The notes beneath the pieces are model-generated. The model searched no databases, was not told the DNA's origin, and worked only from the letters and a program-made list of their open reading frames with translations. Position numbers and translations under genes: made by a program. From Bacteroidota bacterium (GTDB lineage: Bacteria > Bacteroidota > Bacteroidia > Flavobacteriales > Flavobacteriaceae): a stretch of DNA of 64,000 nucleotides. Positions 7,989-18,667 of this stretch are shown piece by piece. The stretch spans positions 22,976 through 86,975 of the forward strand of contig JAZJZW010000002.1 in the NCBI GenBank assembly GCA_040389425.1, given 5' to 3'. Positions within the stretch are counted from its first letter, which is position 1. Every line of letters begins with the position of its first letter.

Positions 7989-8375
7989 TTAATTTAAAGC
8001 AAATGGAGCACAAAGTCTAAAAGTAGGAACGATTACTTTAAAGGTTTTAGTATTGGTAAAATTAATCATGTTGAAATGTCCTTTCATGGCTCCATAAGGA
8101 GATGAAAGTAAGCATCCTGAACTGTAAGTATGATTTTCTCCAGGTTTTAAAACTGGTTTTTTACCAATGATTCCTTCTCCATCAACGATTTCGATATTGT
8201 TTAAAGAATCAAAAATTTCCCAATGGCGAGAAGTAAGTTGGACTGAATCTTTACTATGGTTTTCAATTGTGATATGGTAACTAAAGGCAAAGTGAATTTT
8301 GTAGTTCTTGAAGTAAGTGCCTTCAAAACTAGTCAAAACGGTGATTTTTATGCCTCTTGTTATCTGAGAAACCAT
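7989..8375 (-). CDS. apaG: ApaG family protein
   Basis: VQLTSRHWEI, GEGIIGKKPVL, YSSGC, GAMKG motifs. Confidence 0.93.
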   Translation of the reverse strand: MVSQITRGIKITVLTSFEGTYFKNYKIHFAFSYHITIENHSKDSVQLTSRHWEIFDSLNNIEIVDGEGIIGKKPVLKPGENHTYSSGCLLSSPYGAMKGHFNMINFTNTKTFKVIVPTFRLCAPFALN

Positions 8376-8456
8376 GATTAATGTATTAAATCTGTGCTTA
8401 ATAGGGTCAAAATTACAAAATTTTCATTTCGTTTTCTTAATTTTTATTTTTATTTT

Positions 8457-9713
8457 TTAATTTATGATGTTTATCGAATTTGCTGTCCCTTTACCGATGA
8501 TTTTATCATAGCGTCCAGTGTTTTCTTTGTAGTAAACTAAAACTGTATATTCGTTTTCAGTTTGATAGAAATTTCCGTCTATGGCGTTTGCGTTGTCAAT
8601 GTTTCCTTTGTCATCGGCAATGACGTATTTGAAATTGGTAAAGCCTTGTTTGATTAAAATGGCTTTTTCATATATGCCTTTCTTTTCGTTGTAATCCATC
8701 TTATATTCGGGAGTTAGACTGTAATTGTTGAACATTCCGCTAACATAAATTCCTTTGTCTAGTCTATAAGTAGGTGCCGAAAGACTAAAATACACCCAGG
8801 CATAATCGGCTTCAATTTCATTATTGCTGGCATTGGTGTTTTTTACAACAAAATTACCGTTGATGTCTTGGAAGAAGGTATATGGGAAATTAGCCCGAGC
8901 ATTACTAGTATACAAATAGCAATTGTAAATATCGGTGCTTGAATCTACACGAGCGATGTTGTTAGTTGCGACTCTAATATCTTTGTTTTCGAAATAAATA
9001 AATTCATTTCCTGCCCAAAATTGAGTTTCGGTATCGTATTTATAAATTAAATCATTGCCAATGGTGTATTGTGGCTTTATGTTTTTTATTTCGGTATTGA
9101 AATCTCCATTTTGAAAAAGGCTTACTTTTATGTTTTTCAAAGGGTTTTGAAAATTAATAGTAGATGATTTTATTGAAAAATCTAAGTTTTGTTTGTATTC
9201 TATATTACTAACATTTCGAGCTCTTTTAATTTGCATAGGCACTGTTGCAGCAGCTTCGTAAAGTCTAAATTTTCTAGAAAAAACAACTTCTCTGTCTTCG
9301 TTTAAAATTTTAAGGATATAATTTCCGCTGATACGTAATTGCTGAGTAAACTGATTCGGGATACTTAGATTGTAATGCGAATAAATTTGTAAGCAGTTGA
9401 ACGAATTGGTATAATTTTGAATTCTTTGGTTATCAAATCCCTGTAAATATTCGTTTTTAGGAATGTTCGTAGGATTCCAATTGTAGTCACAATGAACAAT
9501 TTCGTAATAATAATTAGCTTCATTGCCAAAAAGATCATCAAATTGAAACTGAAACCCACTTCCTAATTCGAAAAGAGGTACTGCATTTTGATTGTTTTGG
9601 ACAAAAGTAACCGTTTTAATATTGTATGGAGGAACAATCTCATTTTGTACTTGAGCAGTTGCCGAAATAAAAATGAAAAGTAAACAGATTCTAAAAAGAA
9701 AAGATTTAGCCAT
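8457..9713 (-). CDS. DUF5103 protein, probable type IX secretion system Plug
   Basis: Signal peptide; FDDL, HCDYNW, SGNY, GNEF, KQGF, TENEY motifs recalled from DUF5103; ATG at 9713. Confidence 0.75.
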   Translation of the reverse strand: MAKSFLFRICLLFIFISATAQVQNEIVPPYNIKTVTFVQNNQNAVPLFELGSGFQFQFDDLFGNEANYYYEIVHCDYNWNPTNIPKNEYLQGFDNQRIQNYTNSFNCLQIYSHYNLSIPNQFTQQLRISGNYILKILNEDREVVFSRKFRLYEAAATVPMQIKRARNVSNIEYKQNLDFSIKSSTINFQNPLKNIKVSLFQNGDFNTEIKNIKPQYTIGNDLIYKYDTETQFWAGNEFIYFENKDIRVATNNIARVDSSTDIYNCYLYTSNARANFPYTFFQDINGNFVVKNTNASNNEIEADYAWVYFSLSAPTYRLDKGIYVSGMFNNYSLTPEYKMDYNEKKGIYEKAILIKQGFTNFKYVIADDKGNIDNANAIDGNFYQTENEYTVLVYYKENTGRYDKIIGKGTANSINIIN

Positions 9714-9791
9714 AGTTTTGAAATTGCTAGATTGTAAATATAACAAATTAAGCAAGTAATTATTATCTAACCAGGATAGTCTTTTTTGAAT

Positions 9792-10556
9792 TTATTTGAA
9801 ACAAACAGGGATGATTTCTCCTTTGGCTAAACAATATTTCTCGACTAATTCGGGAGCAATTGTGTTAGTGTAATCTTCTTCGGTTACAGTAAAACCAATA
9901 CTTCTTAATTTATCAAAATAATCACGACCATAAATACGAACATGGTCGTATTGTCCAAAAATTTTAGCGCGTTCTTTTTGGTCAGTAATCGAATCATCAG
10001 CAAAAGTAGTCGCTCTTTTTAAGTCTTGTGGAATTTGTAAAATCGCCATTCCGCCAGGTTTTAATACGCGATACAATTCCTGCATGGCTTTAGTATCATC
10101 TGGGATGTGTTCTAAAACATGATTACACAAAATAACATCGTATTGATTGTCTTGAAAAGGTAAATTACAAATATCAGCTTTAACATCTGCCAAAGGCGAA
10201 AACAAATCGGTCGTGGTGTAATCTAGATTTTTTTGTTTTCTAAAAAGTTTGTAAAAAGCCTGCTCAGGAGCAAAGTGTAGTACTTTTTTGGGAGCGGTAA
10301 AAAAATCGGTCTTTTCGTTTAAATACAACCAAAGCAAACGGTGTCTTTCTAATGAAAGTGTACTTGGTGACAACACATTATTTCGTTGTGTTTCATATCC
10401 ATAAGGCAACATCGATTTGAAACTTTTTCCGTCAATAGGATCAGTAAATTTATTTCCTTTTAAAGAAAAAGCAATAACAGGACGTGCCACATAGCTTAAA
10501 CGAATAAGTAATGGACGTGGAATTGTATTTAAGACTAGTTTGAAAAGTTTTTTCAT
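9792..10556 (-). CDS. Class I SAM-dependent methyltransferase domain protein
   Basis: VLHFAPE, NHVLEHIPDD, RVLKPGG motifs. Confidence 0.85.
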   Translation of the reverse strand: MKKLFKLVLNTIPRPLLIRLSYVARPVIAFSLKGNKFTDPIDGKSFKSMLPYGYETQRNNVLSPSTLSLERHRLLWLYLNEKTDFFTAPKKVLHFAPEQAFYKLFRKQKNLDYTTTDLFSPLADVKADICNLPFQDNQYDVILCNHVLEHIPDDTKAMQELYRVLKPGGMAILQIPQDLKRATTFADDSITDQKERAKIFGQYDHVRIYGRDYFDKLRSIGFTVTEEDYTNTIAPELVEKYCLAKGEIIPVCFK

Positions 10557-10614
10557 GAGTTTTCACGGAGATTCACTAAGGATTTTGTCGTCTGAATTTG
10601 AATTGATAAATCTT

Positions 10615-11433
10615 TTAGATTACTAAAGGCACTTTTCTAAATTCATCTTCTTCGTTGCTTTCAATTCCTAATGCTTTGTAGATATAAGAAAATGTAGAAA
10701 GTAATTCAGGTTTACCATCAACTAGAGCAACATCATGTTCAAAGTGCGCGCTTGGTTTTCCATCGGCAGTTAAGATTGTCCAACCGTCTTTTAGTTGTTT
10801 GATGTTACGAGTTCCTTGGTTAATCATTGGTTCTAATGCAACCACCATTCCTTCAACAAAAAGTTTACCTCTTCCTTTTTTACCGTAATTAGGCATTTCA
10901 GGATCTTCGTGCATTTTTTGTCCTAAACCATGTCCTACTAATTCGCGAACAACACCGTAACCATGAGATTCGGTATATTTTTGAATAGCATTACCTACGT
11001 CTTCTACTCGGTTTCCAGCTTTGAATTCGCGGATTCCAACATATAGGGATTCTTTAGTAACTTGTAATAGTTTTTTAGTTTCTGGAGCAACTTCGCCTAC
11101 TTCAAACGTATAAGCGTGATCACCGTGATAGCCATTTTTAAATGCACCACAATCTATAGAGATAATATCACCGCTTACAAGAGGAGTGTTGTTTGGGATT
11201 CCGTGTACTACCTGAGCATTTGGGCTCATGCAAAGTGAATTTGGAAAACCATATAAACCAAGGAAACTTGGCTCAGCACCGTGGTCACGAATGAACGCTT
11301 CAGCTAATTTATCAAGATGTAAAGTGGTAACTCCTTCTTTTACTTCAGAAGCTAGCATTCCTAATGTTTTTGATACGATTAAGGCACTTTCGCGCATTAA
11401 TTCTATTTCTTCACGGGATTTTACTACAATCAT
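10615..11433 (-). CDS. map: Methionine aminopeptidase type I
   Basis: VVHGIP, GHGLG..MHEDP, EPMIN, SAHFEH; ATG at 11433. Confidence 0.96.
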   Translation of the reverse strand: MIVVKSREEIELMRESALIVSKTLGMLASEVKEGVTTLHLDKLAEAFIRDHGAEPSFLGLYGFPNSLCMSPNAQVVHGIPNNTPLVSGDIISIDCGAFKNGYHGDHAYTFEVGEVAPETKKLLQVTKESLYVGIREFKAGNRVEDVGNAIQKYTESHGYGVVRELVGHGLGQKMHEDPEMPNYGKKGRGKLFVEGMVVALEPMINQGTRNIKQLKDGWTILTADGKPSAHFEHDVALVDGKPELLSTFSYIYKALGIESNEEDEFRKVPLVI

Positions 11434-11498
11434 ATTTTTTATTTTCGATTTGCAAAAGTACAACTTTATAAGAACTTTTAAAATCAAATAAGTTGAAT

Positions 11499-11529
11499 AA
11501 AAAAAGCTGTCCGAATTCGAACAGCTTTC
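11499..11529 (-). terminator. Intrinsic terminator after gpmI
   Basis: aaaaaaagctgt...acagcttt hairpin. Confidence 0.65.
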
Positions 11530-11552
11530 TATAGATAATTATCGATTTGATA

Positions 11553-13076
11553 TTATTTCACCAATAACGTATGACTAGACATAGCAGCTGGTTGTGCAAC
11601 TCCCATTAAGTCTAAGATTGTTGGAGCAATATCACCTAAAACACCATCTTGAATAGCTATTTGCTCATTATCAACAAGGATAAACGGCACTGGGTTAGTA
11701 GTGTGAGCAGTATTAGGACTTCCATCAGGATTAATCATGGTTTCGCAGTTACCGTGGTCGGCAATTACAATAGTCGAATAACCGTTTGCTAAAGCTGTAG
11801 TAATTACTTTTTCAACACATTTATCTACTGCTTCACAAGCTTGGATAGCGGCTTCCATAATTCCAGTATGACCTACCATGTCTCCGTTAGCAAAGTTAAG
11901 GCAAACAAAATCTACGTCTCCTTTTTCTAGTTCAGGGCAAAGTGCATCTGTTAATTCGTAAGCACTCATTTCTGGTTGTAAGTCGTAAGTAGCAACTTTT
12001 GGAGAGTTTCTCAAAATACGAGATTCGCCCTCAAAAGGAGTTTCTCTTCCTCCAGAGAAGAAGAAAGTTACGTGTGGGTATTTCTCTGTTTCGGCAATAC
12101 GAATTTGTTTTTTGTTGGCTTTTTCTAAAACTTCACCTAATGTTTCAGTAATGTTGTCTTTGTTGTAAACTACTTTTACATTTTGGTAAGTTTCATCATA
12201 ATTTGTCAATGTAACATAGTACAAATTCAATTTATGCATGTTTTGTTCGTGGAAATCTTGTTGCGAAAGCGCCTCAGTTAATTCACGACCTCTGTCAGTT
12301 CTAAAGTTAAAGAAGATAATTACATCGTCTTCTTGAATTGTTGCTAAAGCTTGGTTTTTTTCGTCAACAATAACTACCGGTTTAATGAATTCGTCAGTTA
12401 CATCATTTTTATAACTTTCTTCAATAGCTGCAACTGAGTTTGTAGCGTGTGTACCTTGAGCATTAACCACTAAATCGTAAGCTAATTTTACTCTTTCCCA
12501 ACGTTTGTCACGATCCATTGCATAATAACGTCCTACAATCGAAGCGATTTTCACAGGAGTATTGGCAATGTAATTTTCTAAATCTTGAATGTATTGTTTT
12601 CCTGATTTAGGATCAACATCTCTACCATCGGTAAAAGCGTGAACAAATACATTTTGCAATCCATAATCTTGAGTAGCGTCTATTAAGCCACGCAGGTGAG
12701 AAGTATGTGAGTGGACACCTCCATCAGAAACTAATCCTAGGAAATGAACTTTTTTATTGTTGTCTTTTGCGTATTGAAAAGCATCTTTTAATACTTGTTC
12801 TTGCGCCAGCGTTTTATTGGCTACAGCCAAATTTATTTTAGCTAAATCTTGGTACACAATTCTTCCAGCACCTAGATTCATGTGTCCTACTTCGCTATTT
12901 CCCATTTGACCTTCTGGTAGACCTACGTGTAAACCATCAGTTCTAAGTTGAGCGCTTGGAAATTTTTTATAAAGACTGTTTATAAAGGGAACATTTGCAT
13001 TATCAATTGCAGATACTTTCGGGTCAGGTGATTTTCCCCAACCATCCAAAATCATTAGGATTACTTTTTTGTTCAT
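11553..13076 (-). CDS. gpmI: 2,3-bisphosphoglycerate-independent phosphoglycerate mutase
   Basis: ILDGWG, MGNSEVGH, AETEKYPHVTFFF, DMVGHTG, ADHGN. Confidence 0.97.
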   Translation of the reverse strand: MNKKVILMILDGWGKSPDPKVSAIDNANVPFINSLYKKFPSAQLRTDGLHVGLPEGQMGNSEVGHMNLGAGRIVYQDLAKINLAVANKTLAQEQVLKDAFQYAKDNNKKVHFLGLVSDGGVHSHTSHLRGLIDATQDYGLQNVFVHAFTDGRDVDPKSGKQYIQDLENYIANTPVKIASIVGRYYAMDRDKRWERVKLAYDLVVNAQGTHATNSVAAIEESYKNDVTDEFIKPVVIVDEKNQALATIQEDDVIIFFNFRTDRGRELTEALSQQDFHEQNMHKLNLYYVTLTNYDETYQNVKVVYNKDNITETLGEVLEKANKKQIRIAETEKYPHVTFFFSGGRETPFEGESRILRNSPKVATYDLQPEMSAYELTDALCPELEKGDVDFVCLNFANGDMVGHTGIMEAAIQACEAVDKCVEKVITTALANGYSTIVIADHGNCETMINPDGSPNTAHTTNPVPFILVDNEQIAIQDGVLGDIAPTILDLMGVAQPAAMSSHTLLVK

Positions 13077-13217
13077 TATCGTTTAATTTTTGACAAAGAT
13101 AAATTTTTTCTAAAATCTTCGTTAGGAATAAAACGACTATTATGTATTCGGGAGTTTAGCTATGCTAAAAATGTCAAATTTCTTGCAGAAGGGGCTTTTT
13201 TCTGAAATTAATGCCGT

Positions 13218-15614
13218 TTAGAATTTGGTTTTCACGGTATTATAATCAATGAAATAACGCAAACTAATCGAGAATATGTTAGTCATATTAGCATCAAATA
13301 CTGTTTTGATGTTTCTATTTAGATTTCTTTCTACTGAATTAGTTTCTTCTTGAGCATAGTTTCGGTATAGAATGGATAATTCGCTACCAGGAGCAAACCA
13401 CCAAGAATAGGATAGGTCTAAATTCCAAGAGTTAAAATTTCGATTCTTGTTCATATTAAAACTGTTATTTGGACTTAAATAACCATTATTTTGTAAGGAG
13501 TAAAAGCTTTTGTTTGATGAATAAGACCAATAATAACGAGTGGTTAGATTGATTGTCATCTTGTTAGTAATGGAATATTTTCCTGTAAAATCATTTTGAA
13601 ATGTTTCTATATTTCTTTTAGCGAGAATAATATCCGAATTATCTTTAGCTACCCAGCCAATATCGTTAGTTTCGCGAGTATAATCAATATAATAGGCAAG
13701 AGAAAATTTGTTGCTGAAACGATATTTTGGACCAGTATATATTTTGTAGAAGCCTCTTCCTTTTTGATCGTATTTTTTCCCCGAAAGTGTAATGTCAAGG
13801 GTTAAGTTGTTGTTTCTATTGGATTCCATCCCGATGTAACTTTCAATTCGCTTTGGAATATATACATAACTACCAGTGTTACGGGCTTCGTAAAAATCAT
13901 AATTGATATAAGGGCTAGCAAGAACTGCAAATTCAAAATAATGGTTATTTAAAGAGGTAGCTTTTATTAATGTTCTGTACCAAGATTCCTGTAGTTTTCC
14001 TGTAGTATTTTGAATTTCAATATTGATTTCCTGTTCAATATTAAAGCTGTTAAAATATTTGTTTGGGTTTAATATTCGGTAGCTACCATTGGCGTAAGCA
14101 TTATGGTAATTAGTGTAGAAAATAAGTCCTAGGTCGTTTACATCATAATTCTCAGAGATATATTTTCCTGTGAGGGTATATCTGTATTTTCCGCTTGTTT
14201 TGGCAAAATTAAGATAAGTTTTATAGCCATTATAGGTGCTAATATCGTTAATGCTGCTGTGTTTAAAATCTCCTGAAAGATTGTAAGTATTGGCTTTTGT
14301 ATTTAAATCGAATATTAATCCTGCAACATTGGCATCTCTAAAATTGCCATTTCGACTAGTGTTAGTATTAACAAAAGAAACCGATGAGTTTTGTCTAAAA
14401 CGTTGATCTAAAACAATGATATTGTAGTTAGTTATAGGTTCAATAATCTCTTTTCGGCTAATGTTAGTGTCTGTGTTTTTTATTGTTGCAAATGTTTTTT
14501 CGGTGATAGCATTTAGAAAACCAACGCCTAATCCTTTTTTTGTCCTTCCTGAAATTTTTACTGCATTGATTAAATCGACATTACTAGGATAATTAGTGGT
14601 TTCTTCATTGTTAGCAAGTGTCGGATTTGCTGTTGGGCTTCCGCCAATTCGTCTCGAATAAAACAGATTTCCAATATTGAATAAGTTTGTTCCCTCAGTA
14701 AAAAAAGGTCTGTTTTCGTTAAGTATCTGCTCAAAGGGTTCTAGGTTTAAAATAGCGTTGTCAAATTTGGTTTGACCAAAATCAGGAACCAAAATTGCGT
14801 CTAAAGTAAAGGCATCATTAATTCCATATTTAATGTCTAATCCAGCTTTGAAAGTTTTGTCAGAAACAAAATTGTCTTTTTGATAGTAGGCTGACGTATA
14901 AGGGATCAAGAAAAGACGAGTAGGAGGTTTTATGTTTTCTATTCCTTCTAATCTTCCTGATTGCGTTAATACATTTCCTATTTTAGTATCGATATAATTC
15001 CAGGTGTATTTTTGATTTTTTCTTTTAATTTCTCGCATGAAATTAATACCCCAAATTTGGTTTTTGTTTTTTGGGAAACGAATAGCGGCATAGGGAATTC
15101 TCATTTCTACTTTCCAGCCTGAATCGGTTATTTTAACGCTGCTTTGCCAAATAGCATCCCATGAGAAATCTTCGCTGTCTTCGGTAGCCAGACAATCCAT
15201 TTGTGTTCCCGAAGCGCTTACATAAAAGCGATAGTCTTGTTGTCCATCGTCAAAGCCGTTAATGTAAACTGCAAAATGGTCGGCTACTCCTAAGACATCT
15301 CTTTTAGTTAGTTCTCGCTGGATTTTTTGAGGTTCGCTGTCTTTTAAATCTGCCGAAATATAGATAGCTTCATTATCGTAAAGAATTTTGACTTCTGTTT
15401 TTTGGTTCTCGCTAATGGATTTTCCGTTATCAGGTTGAAACATGATAAAGTCAGAGGCAACTTCATTGTTTTTAGTCCATTCTTCTTCATCAAAGTTACC
15501 ATCAATAGTTATATTTCCTGCTTTGGATTTTGCCAAAAGAACTTTTTTTTGGGCAAAAACACTAAGGTTTATAAGCGTGAAAAAACAATATATTGATAAT
15601 TGAAGTAATCTCAT
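13218..15614 (-). CDS. DUF5916 family outer membrane protein with N-terminal CBM9-like domain
   Basis: IDGNFDEEEW, WKVEMRIPY, PDFGQ, ENRPFFTEG, LFYSRRIG. Confidence 0.8.
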   Translation of the reverse strand: MRLLQLSIYCFFTLINLSVFAQKKVLLAKSKAGNITIDGNFDEEEWTKNNEVASDFIMFQPDNGKSISENQKTEVKILYDNEAIYISADLKDSEPQKIQRELTKRDVLGVADHFAVYINGFDDGQQDYRFYVSASGTQMDCLATEDSEDFSWDAIWQSSVKITDSGWKVEMRIPYAAIRFPKNKNQIWGINFMREIKRKNQKYTWNYIDTKIGNVLTQSGRLEGIENIKPPTRLFLIPYTSAYYQKDNFVSDKTFKAGLDIKYGINDAFTLDAILVPDFGQTKFDNAILNLEPFEQILNENRPFFTEGTNLFNIGNLFYSRRIGGSPTANPTLANNEETTNYPSNVDLINAVKISGRTKKGLGVGFLNAITEKTFATIKNTDTNISRKEIIEPITNYNIIVLDQRFRQNSSVSFVNTNTSRNGNFRDANVAGLIFDLNTKANTYNLSGDFKHSSINDISTYNGYKTYLNFAKTSGKYRYTLTGKYISENYDVNDLGLIFYTNYHNAYANGSYRILNPNKYFNSFNIEQEINIEIQNTTGKLQESWYRTLIKATSLNNHYFEFAVLASPYINYDFYEARNTGSYVYIPKRIESYIGMESNRNNNLTLDITLSGKKYDQKGRGFYKIYTGPKYRFSNKFSLAYYIDYTRETNDIGWVAKDNSDIILAKRNIETFQNDFTGKYSITNKMTINLTTRYYWSYSSNKSFYSLQNNGYLSPNNSFNMNKNRNFNSWNLDLSYSWWFAPGSELSILYRNYAQEETNSVERNLNRNIKTVFDANMTNIFSISLRYFIDYNTVKTKF

Positions 15615-15803
15615 GAAAAAGTCAATAAGTCAACAAAAATAGCAAATTTAACGAGATTAACAATTCTTTAACAGCTTATTATTGTAATTAAAAAGCTACT
15701 AATGAGTTAAAAAAGTCTTATTAGTAGTAATAAGAGTTTTTTATAGGGCTGTTTTTTTATAATTTTGACGACGTTAATATTAAATGTAATTAAATAATAA
15801 TCA

Positions 15804-16526
15804 ATGGTTTATAGAAAATCGGTGTTCTTTTTAATGCTTGCGTCTTTATTCGTTTCTCCTAATGTTTTTTTCTCTAAAGAGAAAGCGAATACAGCAATTT
15901 TAAAAAGTGATGTAGTGAGAGTTAATGTAGAACCGAGTGTTGAAGAAATATATAATAATTTGCATTCAGCAAATTATAGTTTACCAAACATAGAGAGTTT
16001 TAAAGAGGCTTTAATAGGGTTTTATAAGTTAAAATCTAAAGGAATTGTCAGTAAAAATATAATCACATTAATTGATTTTAGTTTGTCAGCCAATACTAAA
16101 AGGCTTTGGGTGATTGATTTGGATTCCAATACTATTTTGTATCATTCTCTTGTGGCTCATGGGAGAAATACGGGAGAAGAATATGCAAATAGTTTTTCTA
16201 ATGCGCCTGAATCTTTTAAAAGTAGTTTAGGTTTTTATGTTACAGGTGAGATTTACAATGGTAAACATGGCAAATCGTTAAAATTAGATGGTTTAGAAAA
16301 AGGAATTAATGATAACGCAAGAAATCGAGCAGTAGTGGTTCATGGTGCCGATTATGTTTCAAATTCGTTTATTCAAAATAATAAGAGATTGGGGAGAAGT
16401 CAAGGTTGTCCAGCAATTCCATTAGAGATTACAGATGAATTGATACATGTTATTCAGGATAAATCTTGTTTGTTTATTTATTTTCCTTCTGATGCTTATA
16501 AGCAATCGTCAAATTTGGCTTCTTAA
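15804..16526 (+). CDS. L,D-transpeptidase catalytic domain protein (YkuD_2 family)
   Basis: IDFS..KRLWV, VAHGRNTG, SSLGF, HGADY..GRSQGCPA (catalytic His and Cys). Confidence 0.88.
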   Translation: MVYRKSVFFLMLASLFVSPNVFFSKEKANTAILKSDVVRVNVEPSVEEIYNNLHSANYSLPNIESFKEALIGFYKLKSKGIVSKNIITLIDFSLSANTKRLWVIDLDSNTILYHSLVAHGRNTGEEYANSFSNAPESFKSSLGFYVTGEIYNGKHGKSLKLDGLEKGINDNARNRAVVVHGADYVSNSFIQNNKRLGRSQGCPAIPLEITDELIHVIQDKSCLFIYFPSDAYKQSSNLAS

Positions 16527-16662
16527 AAAAGAATTGTGGGCAAAGTGATTAGTCGATTTCATAAAGATGATAAACAGCTAATAAAAAATAGAGAGGTAAC
16601 AATTTAGTTTTAAAAAAGTTAGGATTTAATTCGGTTTTTAAATAAAAATTCTACTCAAAAAA

Positions 16663-16695
16663 TTTGTTTTAAACTTAACTTATTCTTTATATTTG
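16663..16695 (+). promoter_or_regulatory. Promoter of tRNA-Gly copy 1
   Basis: TTTG-N21-TATATTTG. Confidence 0.7.
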
Positions 16696-16707
16696 CACCA
16701 CGTTAAT

Positions 16708-16780
<73 letters not shown>

Positions 16781-16826
16781 CTTGTAGAAACCAAGATTTA
16801 ATAGTTTTGGTTTTTTTTAAATAAAA

Positions 16827-16857
16827 TTTGGAGGTGTTTAAATAATTTCTATATTTG
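16827..16857 (+). promoter_or_regulatory. Promoter of tRNA-Gly copy 2
   Basis: TTTG-N19-TATATTTG. Confidence 0.7.
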
Positions 16858-16867
16858 CACCCGTTAT

Positions 16868-16940
<73 letters not shown>

Positions 16941-16942
16941 CT

Positions 16943-16972
16943 AAAACCTCAAACTTCTGTTTGAGGTTTTTT
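16943..16972 (+). terminator. Intrinsic terminator after tRNA-Gly
   Basis: aaaacctcaaac-ttct-gtttgaggtttttt. Confidence 0.8.
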
Positions 16973-17062
16973 ATTTTAGGCTAGTTTGTCGTCTCGTTGT
17001 TTGCAACTAGAAACCTAGTTTTTCGCTCTTAAAAGCCGTAACTTAAATAGTTTCGGCTTTTT

Positions 17063-17770
17063 TTATTGGATGAAACTCAGTTCAGATCCAGCTTCTATTT
17101 CAATTGGGTTGCTGTTTTTTTGAAATAATTTAGCTGATAAGTTTCCTTTTAAAATTATTTCACCTTCTTTTATTTCGAGCCAGCTTCCTTCTTTTAAACC
17201 TAAAACGGGGAAATTGTTGAATTGATGGAATTCGTTAATTCTAGTTTCGCGGGATTCTCCCATATGTGTCGATTGTGAATCGGCGTCAAGATAATGTACA
17301 TTTAGGTTAAAAGGAATTAGTCCTAATGTCTGAAAACTTGGCGGATAAATAATTGGCATATCATTAGTGGTTTGCATGCTTAATCCTCCAATGTTACTTC
17401 CAGCGCTGGTACCTAGATAGGGAGTCCCTTTTTCAAGAGTTTCTTTTAAGGTAGTCATTATTTTGTTATGGTATAATTGGTTTACTAATAAAAAAGTATT
17501 GCCACCGCCTGTGAAGATTCCTTCGGCGGTTTTAATGGCTAATGCGGCGTCTTCATAATCGTGAATTCCTTTTATGGTAAGATTTATTTTGGCGAAAGCC
17601 AAAGTGGCTCTTTCAGTGTATTCTTCATGCGAAATTCCATTAGGTCTGGCGTAAGGGATAAATAATATAATCTTGCAATTCTTAAAATGTTCTTTTAGTT
17701 CAGGAAGTAAGTATTCTAGATAGTCGCTTCTGTGTAGGGTAGAAGTGCTGGCTAAAAGTAGGTTTTTCAT
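17063..17770 (-). CDS. pepE: Dipeptidase E (peptidase S51)
   Basis: GGGNTF, GTSAGSN, TTNDMPI, HMGESRE. Confidence 0.93.
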   Translation of the reverse strand: MKNLLLASTSTLHRSDYLEYLLPELKEHFKNCKIILFIPYARPNGISHEEYTERATLAFAKINLTIKGIHDYEDAALAIKTAEGIFTGGGNTFLLVNQLYHNKIMTTLKETLEKGTPYLGTSAGSNIGGLSMQTTNDMPIIYPPSFQTLGLIPFNLNVHYLDADSQSTHMGESRETRINEFHQFNNFPVLGLKEGSWLEIKEGEIILKGNLSAKLFQKNSNPIEIEAGSELSFIQ

Positions 17771-17902
17771 TGTGATTGTTTTTGGAATTAAAGGTATAAA
17801 TCAGAGGTTTAATTTGGTTAGTTTATTAACAAATTTTTATCAGCTTCTTAGTATCAAATTGGGATGGGGTTGTTTTACTTTTACTATTTGGTACACTATA
17901 GA

Positions 17903-18667
17903 ATGAATAAATTTTTAACGGCAATTTTTGTTTTGTTTACTACTGCTGTTTTGGCTCAGCAAAATAATCCGACCGAACTCAAAGGTCGAATAAATGCCTA
18001 TGTGTCTAATCTAGAAGGAATATATGCTATTAATTTACAAACAGAACAGTCAGTCTTGACAGATGAGCTTGGAAATTTTACTGTTAAAGCAAGTGTTGGC
18101 GATACTTTAGTGTTTTCAGGAATGCAGTTTAAACGTAAAGAAGTGGTTTTGTGTGCTGAAGATTTTGAGAAGAAATTACTCGATGTGCATTTAGCGGCTT
18201 TGGTGAATCAGTTGAATGAAGTTGTTGTTAGGAATTATGGCAATATTAACGCAGCTTCGCTTGGAATAATTCCTTTTGGTCAAAAAAAATATACTCCTGC
18301 TGAAAGGAAATTAAAAACAGCGACCGATTTGAATCCTTCGGCAAGTTTGAGTGGAATGCCAGGAGTTTCTATTTCGGCAGATCCTTTGTTAAATTTAATT
18401 TCAGGACGTACAGCAATGCTTAAAAAAGAATTAGAGGTTGAAAAGAAAGAATCTTACATGGTTATGTTGGAAAAGATGTTCGCTCCTGAACATTTTATTA
18501 ATACCTTGCAGCTGCCTTTGGATTATATAAAAGGTTTTGAATATTATGCAGTAGAAAATAAGAGCTTTACTAAAATATTGGATCAAAAAAATAAAACAAC
18601 AATTGAATTTTTATTAGGAGAATTAGCAGTGAAATACAAAGAGATAATAGCTTGTGAAAAAGAATAA
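17903..18667 (+). CDS. Exported carboxypeptidase-regulatory-like domain protein, paralog 1
   Basis: Signal peptide, TDELGNF..GDTLVFS..LNEVVV; ATG at 17903 preferred. Confidence 0.75.
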   Translation: MNKFLTAIFVLFTTAVLAQQNNPTELKGRINAYVSNLEGIYAINLQTEQSVLTDELGNFTVKASVGDTLVFSGMQFKRKEVVLCAEDFEKKLLDVHLAALVNQLNEVVVRNYGNINAASLGIIPFGQKKYTPAERKLKTATDLNPSASLSGMPGVSISADPLLNLISGRTAMLKKELEVEKKESYMVMLEKMFAPEHFINTLQLPLDYIKGFEYYAVENKSFTKILDQKNKTTIEFLLGELAVKYKEIIACEKE